A stretch of 64,000 nt of DNA, taken from an archaeon. GTDB taxonomy: Archaea > Nanobdellota > Nanobdellia > Woesearchaeales > GW2011-AR9. The stretch covers positions 15,385 through 79,384 of the forward strand of contig JAUYKZ010000002.1 of NCBI GenBank assembly GCA_030704845.1. Reading direction: 5' to 3'. A program made the translations under genes and the position numbers. Shown here piece after piece: positions 57,024-63,883 of this stretch. The stretch's first letter is position 1, and each line of letters begins with the position of its first letter. Below the pieces are notes generated by a model. That model searched no databases, was not told where the DNA came from, and saw nothing but the letters and a program-made list of their open reading frames with translations.

Positions 57024-57245
57024 TTATGTTTGCTTGTGATTTTCTGATATGTTTTTTTGGTCATTTAAAGCACTCTCCTTACGTCTTTTAATCTCATTGT
57101 CTAGGAATGTACTAAAGGCCATCAAATCCTTTGTATTATGGTTTATTTTGTATTTGAAACCTACCCTGTGCATGTCAATAAGCTCTTTCAGAGTTACTAT
57201 TATCCCCCCTTGTGACGATAATTTCATTGTATCTCCTTTATGCAA
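57024..57245 (-). CDS. hypothetical protein
   Basis: 73-aa ORF. No motif recognised. Confidence 0.3.
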   Translation of the reverse strand: MHKGDTMKLSSQGGIIVTLKELIDMHRVGFKYKINHNTKDLMAFSTFLDNEIKRRKESALNDQKNISENHKQT

Positions 57246-57596
57246 CTCATAACAGCTTCAACAACTGTAACAGATACTGCATTTCCACATTGAGTATATC
57301 TTTGAGTTTCTGCAACTCCTTCGGTCCAATTATCTGGAAACCCTTGTAATCTTTCTGTCTCAAGTGGTGTGAGTCTGCGTATATATCTCTGCAATAAACG
57401 GAATATGATTTCCTCCTGTTTTGCTTGTGGGTATTGTCGGAGCAATTCCCGATATCGAATAGATTCTTTTGCTTTGATAGTCGCCGTCATAGATGAGTTC
57501 CCACCCATTACTGCCATGATTATTTAGATCGTCTTCTGCTATTTCTTTGAGTCTCTTGTTTACAACTTTGTATTTCCAATTTGCCAATTTAATCAC
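57224..57596 (-). pseudogene. remnant of a DNA cytosine-5 methyltransferase (C-terminal part only, frameshifted) behind a DUF4177-like N-terminus
   Basis: Frame A (57360..57596) has WKYKVV..LNNHGSNGWELI, then QSKRIYSISGIAPTIPTSKTGGN (TRD-end-like). Frame B (57224..57517) has IRRLTPLETERLQGFPDNW....QCGNAVSVTVV (motifs IX-X). The frames switch near 57385..57395. Catalytic motifs I-VI (FxGxG, PCQ, ENV) are absent. Confidence 0.6.
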
Positions 57597-57825
57597 CTGG
57601 AGGTTCGATGTCTATGATTTTTCCTGTAGTCCTGCTTTCGAGTGCAATATCAGAGTCTGTGATGCTAAGTTCGATGAATATCTTTTTTCTTTCAGCAACT
57701 CCTTGATTGTCTACAAGCCATTTCAAGACAACCCCTTTCTTGTCTAAGCTGTGAATTATTAGAGAGTTCTTGACGTAATCTGTAAGATTCTCAATTTCTG
57801 TCATTTTGTCTTGAATTGTTGCCAT
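57589..57825 (-). CDS. hypothetical protein
   Basis: 78 aa, between the structural genes and the MTase remnant. No motif recognised. Confidence 0.35.
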   Translation of the reverse strand: MATIQDKMTEIENLTDYVKNSLIIHSLDKKGVVLKWLVDNQGVAERKKIFIELSITDSDIALESRTTGKIIDIEPPGD

Positions 57826-57828
57826 TGT

Positions 57829-58584
57829 TTATTCCTCGTATCCCTCAAATCTTGCGAATACTTCTTTACTTCCTCCGCCGAGATTTGTTCTCCTAAGAAT
57901 TATTTTGTGAGTACTGTTTCCTGTAATCTTTTCAGATAAGTCAAACTTGTCAGAGCTTCCATTAACGTAAAGTGTGGCGATTAAGATTAATGTGACTCCA
58001 TCTCCTGAGGGATTGTCGTATAAGGTTACTTTGCATGCTTTTGTTGCCTCTTCACTTCCTGCAAGAAGTCTCCCTATGACAAGTTTCTTTCCATTTGTTA
58101 TTGTGTATACTGAATCTGTATTGCCTGAGACAGTTCCGAAAGCAGTAATTATCACAGGTGTTGTTGAAGCTGGGGGTGTGGCAGGAGGAGTTGCGACAAG
58201 CAGTCTTCCAGAACTATCTACAGAAGCTTTAAGCAATGGATTATTTGAATCTCTAATTATGAAAGAATCGATTAAAGTAAGATCTGATTTTACAAGTAAT
58301 TTGCCGTCAACATCAACTTTTGCTTTGATGTTAGAAATAGGATCTTTGATAGTAAATGAATCAATTTGTACTATATCATTTTTTATTAGCAGTTTTCCAT
58401 CTGCATCTACTATTGCCTGACTGTTTGTTGTTGCATCCTTTATTGAAATTGAATCAATACTGACGTTTCCTTGAATATTTGCGTTAATGCTTCCATTAGG
58501 TTCGACTTGAATACTGCTCACTATCTGCTTTAATTCAGTCACTGTTCCTTTCAATTGTTCAAGTATTTCTGTGTCGATTCCCAT
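57829..58584 (-). CDS. repeat-containing structural protein (fiber/decoration-like)
   Basis: Three tandem repeats of about 29 aa (IDSISIKDATTNSQAIVDADGKLLIKND / IDSFTIKDPISNIKAKVDVDGKLLVKSD / IDSFIIRDSNNPLLKASVDSSGRLLVATP). They are followed by a PATPPASTTP linker and a beta-rich C-terminal domain. Its start overlaps the stop of the capsid gene. Confidence 0.45.
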   Translation of the reverse strand: MGIDTEILEQLKGTVTELKQIVSSIQVEPNGSINANIQGNVSIDSISIKDATTNSQAIVDADGKLLIKNDIVQIDSFTIKDPISNIKAKVDVDGKLLVKSDLTLIDSFIIRDSNNPLLKASVDSSGRLLVATPPATPPASTTPVIITAFGTVSGNTDSVYTITNGKKLVIGRLLAGSEEATKACKVTLYDNPSGDGVTLILIATLYVNGSSDKFDLSEKITGNSTHKIILRRTNLGGGSKEVFARFEGYEE

Positions 58585-59321
58585 TAATCTATCACCGCCA
58601 CAGCATTTCCATTGAGAACTATTGGAGCAATTCTTTCTCTAAGTAAAAATCCTTTTTTACTTTGCCAAGGATCTGAATAATCAGATATCTCAAGAGGAAC
58701 TCTTTCAATTAGAAGGCCTGCATTTATCGAATCAAGAATTATAACAACATTCTTAGGAACAGAAGTATCGATGATAACTTCAATCGCATAAGTGATTAAT
58801 TTATCTTTTAGTTCATCTCGTTGTCTTAATGATTCTGCAATCTTTGGATTAAGTAGAATTACATCAGGATGATATTTGTTGTCTTCAATAAACTTTATTG
58901 CCGAAATAAAGTTGTCAAGTATTGGTTTCTCTCTAACATGATCTTTTGTTTCGGTAGTTATCTTTTTTCCTGCTCCAGCAATCAATGTTTCAATAACTAA
59001 TTTATTTTCAATCTCTGCAAGAATAAAACTTTCATTGATAGATTTTTGAAGCATCTCATTGATTCCATTATCTTCAAAGCATTCTTCAGAAAAAAGAATT
59101 GTGGCCTTAATAGTCAAAGGAAAGACAACAACAGATTCGACATCAAAAAGAGATATTGGAGCTGTACCCAAATTGGGTACGATTGCACCGTTCACATTCT
59201 TGATTTTACTTATCTTTATTGCAGAGCCATCAGTCTGCTGTTGCAGTCTTAATACTCTTGGACCTATACGAAACTTTCCTGCTTCAATTAGCACTTGAGA
59301 CTTGACAGTAGATAGGTCCAT
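58584..59321 (-). CDS. HK97-fold major capsid protein paralog B
   Basis: 245 aa, collinear with 59360..60166. The C-terminus ILDSINAGLLIERVPLEISDYSDPWQSKKGFLLRERIAPIVLNGNAVAVI follows the HK97/encapsulin C-terminal pattern. Confidence 0.55.
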   Translation of the reverse strand: MDLSTVKSQVLIEAGKFRIGPRVLRLQQQTDGSAIKISKIKNVNGAIVPNLGTAPISLFDVESVVVFPLTIKATILFSEECFEDNGINEMLQKSINESFILAEIENKLVIETLIAGAGKKITTETKDHVREKPILDNFISAIKFIEDNKYHPDVILLNPKIAESLRQRDELKDKLITYAIEVIIDTSVPKNVVIILDSINAGLLIERVPLEISDYSDPWQSKKGFLLRERIAPIVLNGNAVAVID

Positions 59322-59359
59322 GTAGCATTACCTCTAAAAAAATAATTTGATGACCTATT

Positions 59360-60166
59360 TTACAAGATCATCTTTGAGACTGCGTTGTCATCAAGTACTG
59401 CAGGTGCAACTCTCTCTGTTATAGTAACTCCAGCTGCAAGATCTCTTAATGGATCTGTGAAGTTCTCTATGGACAAAGGTCGTCTTTCAACCAGCACACA
59501 TGCTCTACTGTCTAAAGCAAGTATTGTTCCTGGCTCTACTGCTGTGGTTTCAACTACTTGAAGACCAGCAACATTTCCCACGATGCCTGTCTCGTCAAGT
59601 CTATCAAAAGCTTTGTATCCTTTGCCGATAAGGTCTTTCTCGAGCTTTGCCAAGTCATCAGGGTGTGCAACAAGCCATGCAGCTTTGTAGCTGTGTCTGT
59701 TTACTGCATTTCTCAAAGTTACAACGTCTTCTTGGACAAATTGTCCTGCAGTCTTTGGCGAGACTGTATTCGTTGTCTTCATCAATACTCGGAAGATTTC
59801 TTCATCTTCTTTTCTTGCAATGTCTTCTGCAGCCATGTCAGCTTTTAATCTGACAACATCAAATGCTGAATCTTCAATTGCTTCTTTCGGTATAGCAAAT
59901 GCTTTTCCGATCTTATATGGTGTCACGACAATTTCATTGAATGTGCTGACATCCATAGGGATTGCTCCCAGTTCAGGAATTACATAAGCTTGTCCTGCTC
60001 CCATCTTAGGGATTTTCAGTGCAGATCCTTCACTCAAAGTGATCAGTTTCACAATTTTTCTTCCTACTCTTTCTCTGCCTGCAACCTTAAACACGTTGGA
60101 GTCTATGACTTCCTTGATGAGAGGTGCAGCGTCTTGACTTGAAAATAGTTCTTGCATTGTTTTCAT
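59360..60166 (-). CDS. HK97-fold major capsid protein paralog A
   Basis: 268 aa. ARKEDEEIFRVL (the conserved acidic ..ED..if helix), AAWLVAHPDDLAKLEKD (..vl.P.dw..l) and the C-terminal ALDSRACVLVERRPLSIENFTDPLRDLAAGVTITERVAPAVLDDNAV match the HK97 capsid/encapsulin layout. It lies downstream of the protease, scaffold and decoration genes. Confidence 0.6.
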   Translation of the reverse strand: MKTMQELFSSQDAAPLIKEVIDSNVFKVAGRERVGRKIVKLITLSEGSALKIPKMGAGQAYVIPELGAIPMDVSTFNEIVVTPYKIGKAFAIPKEAIEDSAFDVVRLKADMAAEDIARKEDEEIFRVLMKTTNTVSPKTAGQFVQEDVVTLRNAVNRHSYKAAWLVAHPDDLAKLEKDLIGKGYKAFDRLDETGIVGNVAGLQVVETTAVEPGTILALDSRACVLVERRPLSIENFTDPLRDLAAGVTITERVAPAVLDDNAVSKMIL

Positions 60167-60180
60167 TTTGCCTCTCCTCC

Positions 60181-60555
60181 TTATTTGACTATTTTTACAG
60201 GAATCTTTCTTGTTACTGGGCTACCACCAGTCGAGTTGTCTATCTTCTCGTATGCTTTGGCCACTGCTACTCCTGTGTTTTTTGCTTGCAGTGTTTTGTT
60301 GTCTTTGACTTCAAGTTCATCCCCAACATTCAGGGTTGCTGAAGCTGCAACTGATACATCCACATAGAATGTTCCGATGCATCCTACTGATGCAGGGTTT
60401 TCTTGTGGTGTGTCTTTTAAGCAGACTCCAAGTATGTCCGCTTGTGCAGATGCTGGTTGAACTGTTAGTCCAACAAGCTGTCCTTTTGTAAGGTCTGCAT
60501 TTGCAACGAGCATGCTTGGGTTCTTTCCGTCGTCAATCATGATATCGTATGTCAT
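60181..60555 (-). CDS. head decoration-like protein (DUF2190-like)
   Basis: 124 aa. ..ADLTKGQLVGL....ILGVCLKD......GTFYVDV......LNVGDELEV.. follows the DUF2190 pattern. Positioned between the scaffold and capsid genes. Confidence 0.45.
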   Translation of the reverse strand: MTYDIMIDDGKNPSMLVANADLTKGQLVGLTVQPASAQADILGVCLKDTPQENPASVGCIGTFYVDVSVAASATLNVGDELEVKDNKTLQAKNTGVAVAKAYEKIDNSTGGSPVTRKIPVKIVK

Positions 60556-60568
60556 TTTGATTCACCTC

Positions 60569-61042
60569 TTAGTTCTCCTTTATTCCAAGTGCAGAAGCGA
60601 TTTCTTTTTTCTTGTCTGTTGCTTGGTTTGAATTGTTGATCAAGGATTTTCTGTCGCCTATGCTTTTGTGCAGTTCAAGTATTTTCTTTGTCTGTTTTGC
60701 ATAGGAATCAAATCCTCCTTTTTCGTCAAGTTCTCTCATTTCGTTGAGTCTTTGTTCTTTGTTTGTCTCAAGGACACCGAGCTTTTCTTCAGCATCTATA
60801 ATTTCTCTCAATGCCATGTCTCGTGAATCTTGCTTGATTCTCTTCAATTCTTTCGTGACTGTCTCAAATTCTTTCATCAATTTCTCGTGCTTTGCAGTCA
60901 TGTCCGAGATAAGTTTGTCTTTTGAAGATACTTCCTGATTTAGCTTTGCAATTTCTTGTTCTTTTGCAGCAAGCTCTTCAGCGGCTTTCTTCAATAGTAT
61001 TTTTGCCTGTTCAATTTCTTTGACTTCCGCCATTTTAATCAT
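60569..61042 (-). CDS. scaffolding protein (coiled coil)
   Basis: 157 aa, strongly E/K-rich with heptad character. Positioned between the protease and capsid genes. Overlaps the protease gene by 8 nt. Confidence 0.5.
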   Translation of the reverse strand: MIKMAEVKEIEQAKILLKKAAEELAAKEQEIAKLNQEVSSKDKLISDMTAKHEKLMKEFETVTKELKRIKQDSRDMALREIIDAEEKLGVLETNKEQRLNEMRELDEKGGFDSYAKQTKKILELHKSIGDRKSLINNSNQATDKKKEIASALGIKEN

Positions 61043-61631
61043 TGCCTCCGTTCTCTATAGGATTGATTTTTGCATCTTTACATGCAGGATCATCTACAAG
61101 ACTCAATTCTTTAAATTCGAGATTGCGAGCTACTTGCACTCCATTCTCCTCAACATTATCTATCAACACACCAACACTCACAGAATCAATCAGATTATCT
61201 AGAAGTTTTTGTACTATTTCTGCGTCAGTTACTATTGCTTCAAACTCAACTCTCTTGGTATCTTGCATCCATGTTGACTTGAGTACTTTTCCAACAATAT
61301 CTCTCGTGCTTGTTGAATGATCTATCCTTAGTGGTTTCCCTTCAAGTCCACTGTATGCTTTCTCAAGTTCATCTGCAGGATAGAATATGCCGTTCCAAGT
61401 TCCTTCACTTATTGCAACTCCTGATATTCTAAGAGAAGTACCTTCCTTGAGAACTTGATGGATTTTTACATTTGTAAGCTGTACATGTTCAAGTTGTCGT
61501 GATAAGGTTTTGATTTTAGGAGCTACGCTGTTATTTACAAGAAAGCTCTCTATCAATTCTTTTGAATCTTCTTTTTGATTCTCAACAGAGTTGATGAACT
61601 CGTAAATTTCCTTGATAAGTAATTCAACCAT
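61035..61631 (-). CDS. HK97-family prohead protease (S78/U35-like)
   Basis: 198 aa. ISGVAISEGTWNGIFYPADEL..GKPLRIDHSTSTRDIVGKV (His region) and LIDSVSVGVLID (Ser in an SxG-type motif) match the prohead protease layout. Confidence 0.6.
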   Translation of the reverse strand: MVELLIKEIYEFINSVENQKEDSKELIESFLVNNSVAPKIKTLSRQLEHVQLTNVKIHQVLKEGTSLRISGVAISEGTWNGIFYPADELEKAYSGLEGKPLRIDHSTSTRDIVGKVLKSTWMQDTKRVEFEAIVTDAEIVQKLLDNLIDSVSVGVLIDNVEENGVQVARNLEFKELSLVDDPACKDAKINPIENGGND

Positions 61632-61660
61632 AACATCAGAAATCTGTTTTTTTCTTAATA

Positions 61661-63367
61661 TTATTTTAGTAGAGAAACCTTTGAAGGCTGATTATTTTTA
61701 TGATTACTCTTACGAAGATTTTGTCTAAACTCTCTCCATGAGACAAATCTTTTCTTATCCTGTTCAGGTAGAACACATATTTTTACATGAGTATTAAAGA
61801 AGTCCAGAAACTCATTCTTCGTAAATCGCAATTCGGCACCTTTAGCTACAAGTTGTTGAAATTTTACTCTACATTCTTGTCTTTGACTTTTGTTATAATA
61901 ACATTTTCTAAAACAATTTGTTCTTTTATACCAGTCAATAAAATACATAATACTTTTCTTTTGGTGTTTTCCTCTCAAATTAGCAAGAACACAATTTATT
62001 TCATTATAAGTTACGGTATCATCTTTGATCCTTTCTTTTATATCTTTTAATTTGTCATCAAGAGACTTTATATTTGCAAGAATAATTTTAGTTTTATTTT
62101 CAGGTATTATTGATTTGAGAGTTAGCTGATGATTTTCGACAAGACATGCAACATGATCCCATACTGTTCCTTCTTTAATCCCTCTTGTTTCTGCAATCTT
62201 TTTCGCAGTCATGCCCTTTTTGATTAATTGTAAAGTTTTTTGTTGACTGAATTCAATTTCACTTTCATCAACTTTATGATTAAAATTTTCATGTTTCTTT
62301 ACAGAAGTTATAATTACTTCTGGTCTAGCTGGAAAAGCAATATTAAATTTAGCAGTCATTCTTCTTCGGTATTTGTATGTATTGGCGTGAGAAGCATATG
62401 CTAACCATCCCTCAAATTTTTCAATAACTTTTTCTCTATCAATTTTGCCATCTAAATATTCGTATTTCATTTGTTCCATTTTTTTCTCGAATTTTCTCAT
62501 ATTCTTCTGCACGAGAAGTTTGTGATTGTAGAATACTCTAAATCCGAGAAATCCTATTCCTTTTTCCAGTTTTAGAACTTGTGATTTATCGGGATGCAAT
62601 TTTAGATCCAACTTCACACGTAGAAATTCATCTATTTTGGATTTATATTCATCGAGAACAGTGCTTGATTGATGCAGAATGGCAAAGTCATCCACATATC
62701 TTATGTAATATTGTGCTCTTAATTTATGCTTCACAAATTGATCGAGTTCATTCAGATACACATTTGCAAAGAATTGCGATGTTAAATTTCCAAGAGGCAT
62801 TCCTTTGTTTTCACATTCGCCTTTATGATTTGCAAGTATTTTCTTAATTAGCCACATTAGTCTTTGATCTTTTATTCTGTTGCTCAATAATTCGATGAGT
62901 ATTTGATGATTTACTGTGTCAAAGTAGCTTTTGATATCTGCTTTTAGAACATAGCATCGGATAGTGTTATTTTTTGAAACCTTTCTTTTAAATTCGTCAA
63001 ATCTTTTGACAGCGTTTAAGGTACCTTTGGTGAGTCTATTCGCATATGAATCATATATGAACCTTTTATCGAATACGGGTTCTATAATGTTGCAAATTGC
63101 ATGGTGAACAACTCGATCTCTGAATGCAGATTTGCTTATCTTCCTTGTTTTTGGATCTCTAAGAATGAATGTCTTAAGGGGTTGGGGTTCATAGGTCTGC
63201 ATTATTAGTTCATATCTTAGTTGTAGAAGATTTTCCTTTAGTTTTTCTTCAAATTCGATAACATAGCGTTTTAGGGTTTTGCCTCGTCTTGCTCTGTTAA
63301 ACGCAGTCTCTAGGTTTTCATATGAACAAAGTTCTTCATAAACATTGATTAATTCTTTTTCAACCAT
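61661..63367 (-). CDS. DGR-type reverse transcriptase, full length, with about 230-aa C-terminal extension containing an HTH
   Basis: FILRDPKTRKISKSAFRDRVVHHAI, DSYANRLTKGT, GMPLGNLTSQFFANVYL (DGR-diagnostic motif 4), IRYVDDFAIL (YxDD) and GWLAYASHANT (thumb). The extension then contains LIKKGMTAKKIAETRGIKEGTVWDHV (HTH) and a Cys/basic-rich tail. It lies 29 nt upstream of, and is co-oriented with, the protease gene. Confidence 0.85.
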   Translation of the reverse strand: MVEKELINVYEELCSYENLETAFNRARRGKTLKRYVIEFEEKLKENLLQLRYELIMQTYEPQPLKTFILRDPKTRKISKSAFRDRVVHHAICNIIEPVFDKRFIYDSYANRLTKGTLNAVKRFDEFKRKVSKNNTIRCYVLKADIKSYFDTVNHQILIELLSNRIKDQRLMWLIKKILANHKGECENKGMPLGNLTSQFFANVYLNELDQFVKHKLRAQYYIRYVDDFAILHQSSTVLDEYKSKIDEFLRVKLDLKLHPDKSQVLKLEKGIGFLGFRVFYNHKLLVQKNMRKFEKKMEQMKYEYLDGKIDREKVIEKFEGWLAYASHANTYKYRRRMTAKFNIAFPARPEVIITSVKKHENFNHKVDESEIEFSQQKTLQLIKKGMTAKKIAETRGIKEGTVWDHVACLVENHQLTLKSIIPENKTKIILANIKSLDDKLKDIKERIKDDTVTYNEINCVLANLRGKHQKKSIMYFIDWYKRTNCFRKCYYNKSQRQECRVKFQQLVAKGAELRFTKNEFLDFFNTHVKICVLPEQDKKRFVSWREFRQNLRKSNHKNNQPSKVSLLK

Positions 63368-63368
63368 A

Positions 63369-63478
63369 GTAATATACGGTATATTACAGTTGATTTATTA
63401 ACATTGTTTCGATCTTTGAAAACATATGTAATATACTGTATAATACTGTGTTTATTAGTTATATACAGTATTATACAA
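63369..63478. promoter_or_regulatory. three operator-like palindromic boxes in the divergent RT / AbrB-like promoter region
   Basis: GTAATATACGGTATATTAC (63369..), GTAATATACTGTATAATAC (63429..) and GTTATATACAGTATTATAC (63458..). Each contains ATAC-N-GTAT. The spacing is about 60 and about 29 nt. Confidence 0.5.
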
Positions 63479-63481
63479 TCT

Positions 63482-63679
63482 ATGACAGATGAAAAGCGCC
63501 AAATTATAGAACGGTCTGTAAAACAGTTAAATACTTATGGCAACGGAATCGGAGTTTTAGTGACGAGGGAAGCCAAAGCAATAGGACTTAAAAGTGGAAG
63601 TAAAGTCCAAGTAAGTGCAATAAAAACAAAAGATAAAGAATTTATCATTATTGAAAAATTCCCGATTACTGAAGAATAA
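63482..63679 (+). CDS. AbrB/MazE-like (SpoVT-AbrB) DNA-binding protein
   Basis: Track ORF is 63404..63679. The ATG at 63482 (MTDEKRQ) avoids the operator region. GNGIGVLVTREAKAIGLKSGSKVQVS has the AbrB-like looped-hinge pattern. Confidence 0.5.
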   Translation: MTDEKRQIIERSVKQLNTYGNGIGVLVTREAKAIGLKSGSKVQVSAIKTKDKEFIIIEKFPITEE

Positions 63680-63883
63680 AACTCAGTTCATACACGATCT
63701 CTTTGCCTTATAAACTACTTGTGTTTTCTAATTAAATAGTGGACTCTCAAATAAACCAATGATAGATGAAACTACTGGCAAGTGATGAATAAATCGAAAC
63801 ATTTAAATATTAGTTGTACTACCTAATAGTAAATACATATTGATTGCATGTTAAAAATATACAAAACATATGGTGACAACATA

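Larger units (their letters stand above)
52950..63811. mobile_element. integrative capsid-encoding element (provirus remnant, satellite, or novel RT-capsid element), about 10.8 kb
   Basis: Two tyrosine recombinases, small AbrB-like and HARE-HTH regulators, an HK97-type head module and a DGR-type RT. Codon usage is visibly more G+C-rich than the flanks (not computed). Imperfect direct repeats lie at 52998..53034 and 63774..63811 (28/37 identical by hand). The right boundary may lie beyond the window. Confidence 0.55.

Noticed and set aside
58584-60166. Interpretation of the two 245-268-aa HK97-fold proteins as encapsulin shell proteins
   Set aside because: Size and C-terminal pattern would fit family-1 encapsulins. 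However, they are preceded by a prohead protease, a coiled-coil scaffold and a decoration-like gene, which is a viral head-morphogenesis context. It is kept only as an alternative within the head-only finding.
61661-63367. RT as a group II intron maturase, retron RT or Abi/DRT defence RT
   Set aside because: It has the DGR-diagnostic GNLTSQ..N.YL motif and the DRVVHHA / SYA.R.GKG N-terminal blocks. It has YVDD, not the intron-type YADD. No intron RNA domains, maturase X/En domains, or msr/msd-like inverted repeats are seen next to it.
63404-63481. N-terminal 26 aa of track ORF 63404..63679
   Set aside because: It uses a non-ATG start and is translated from the palindromic operator boxes. The internal ATG at 63482 gives a typical AbrB-like protein.
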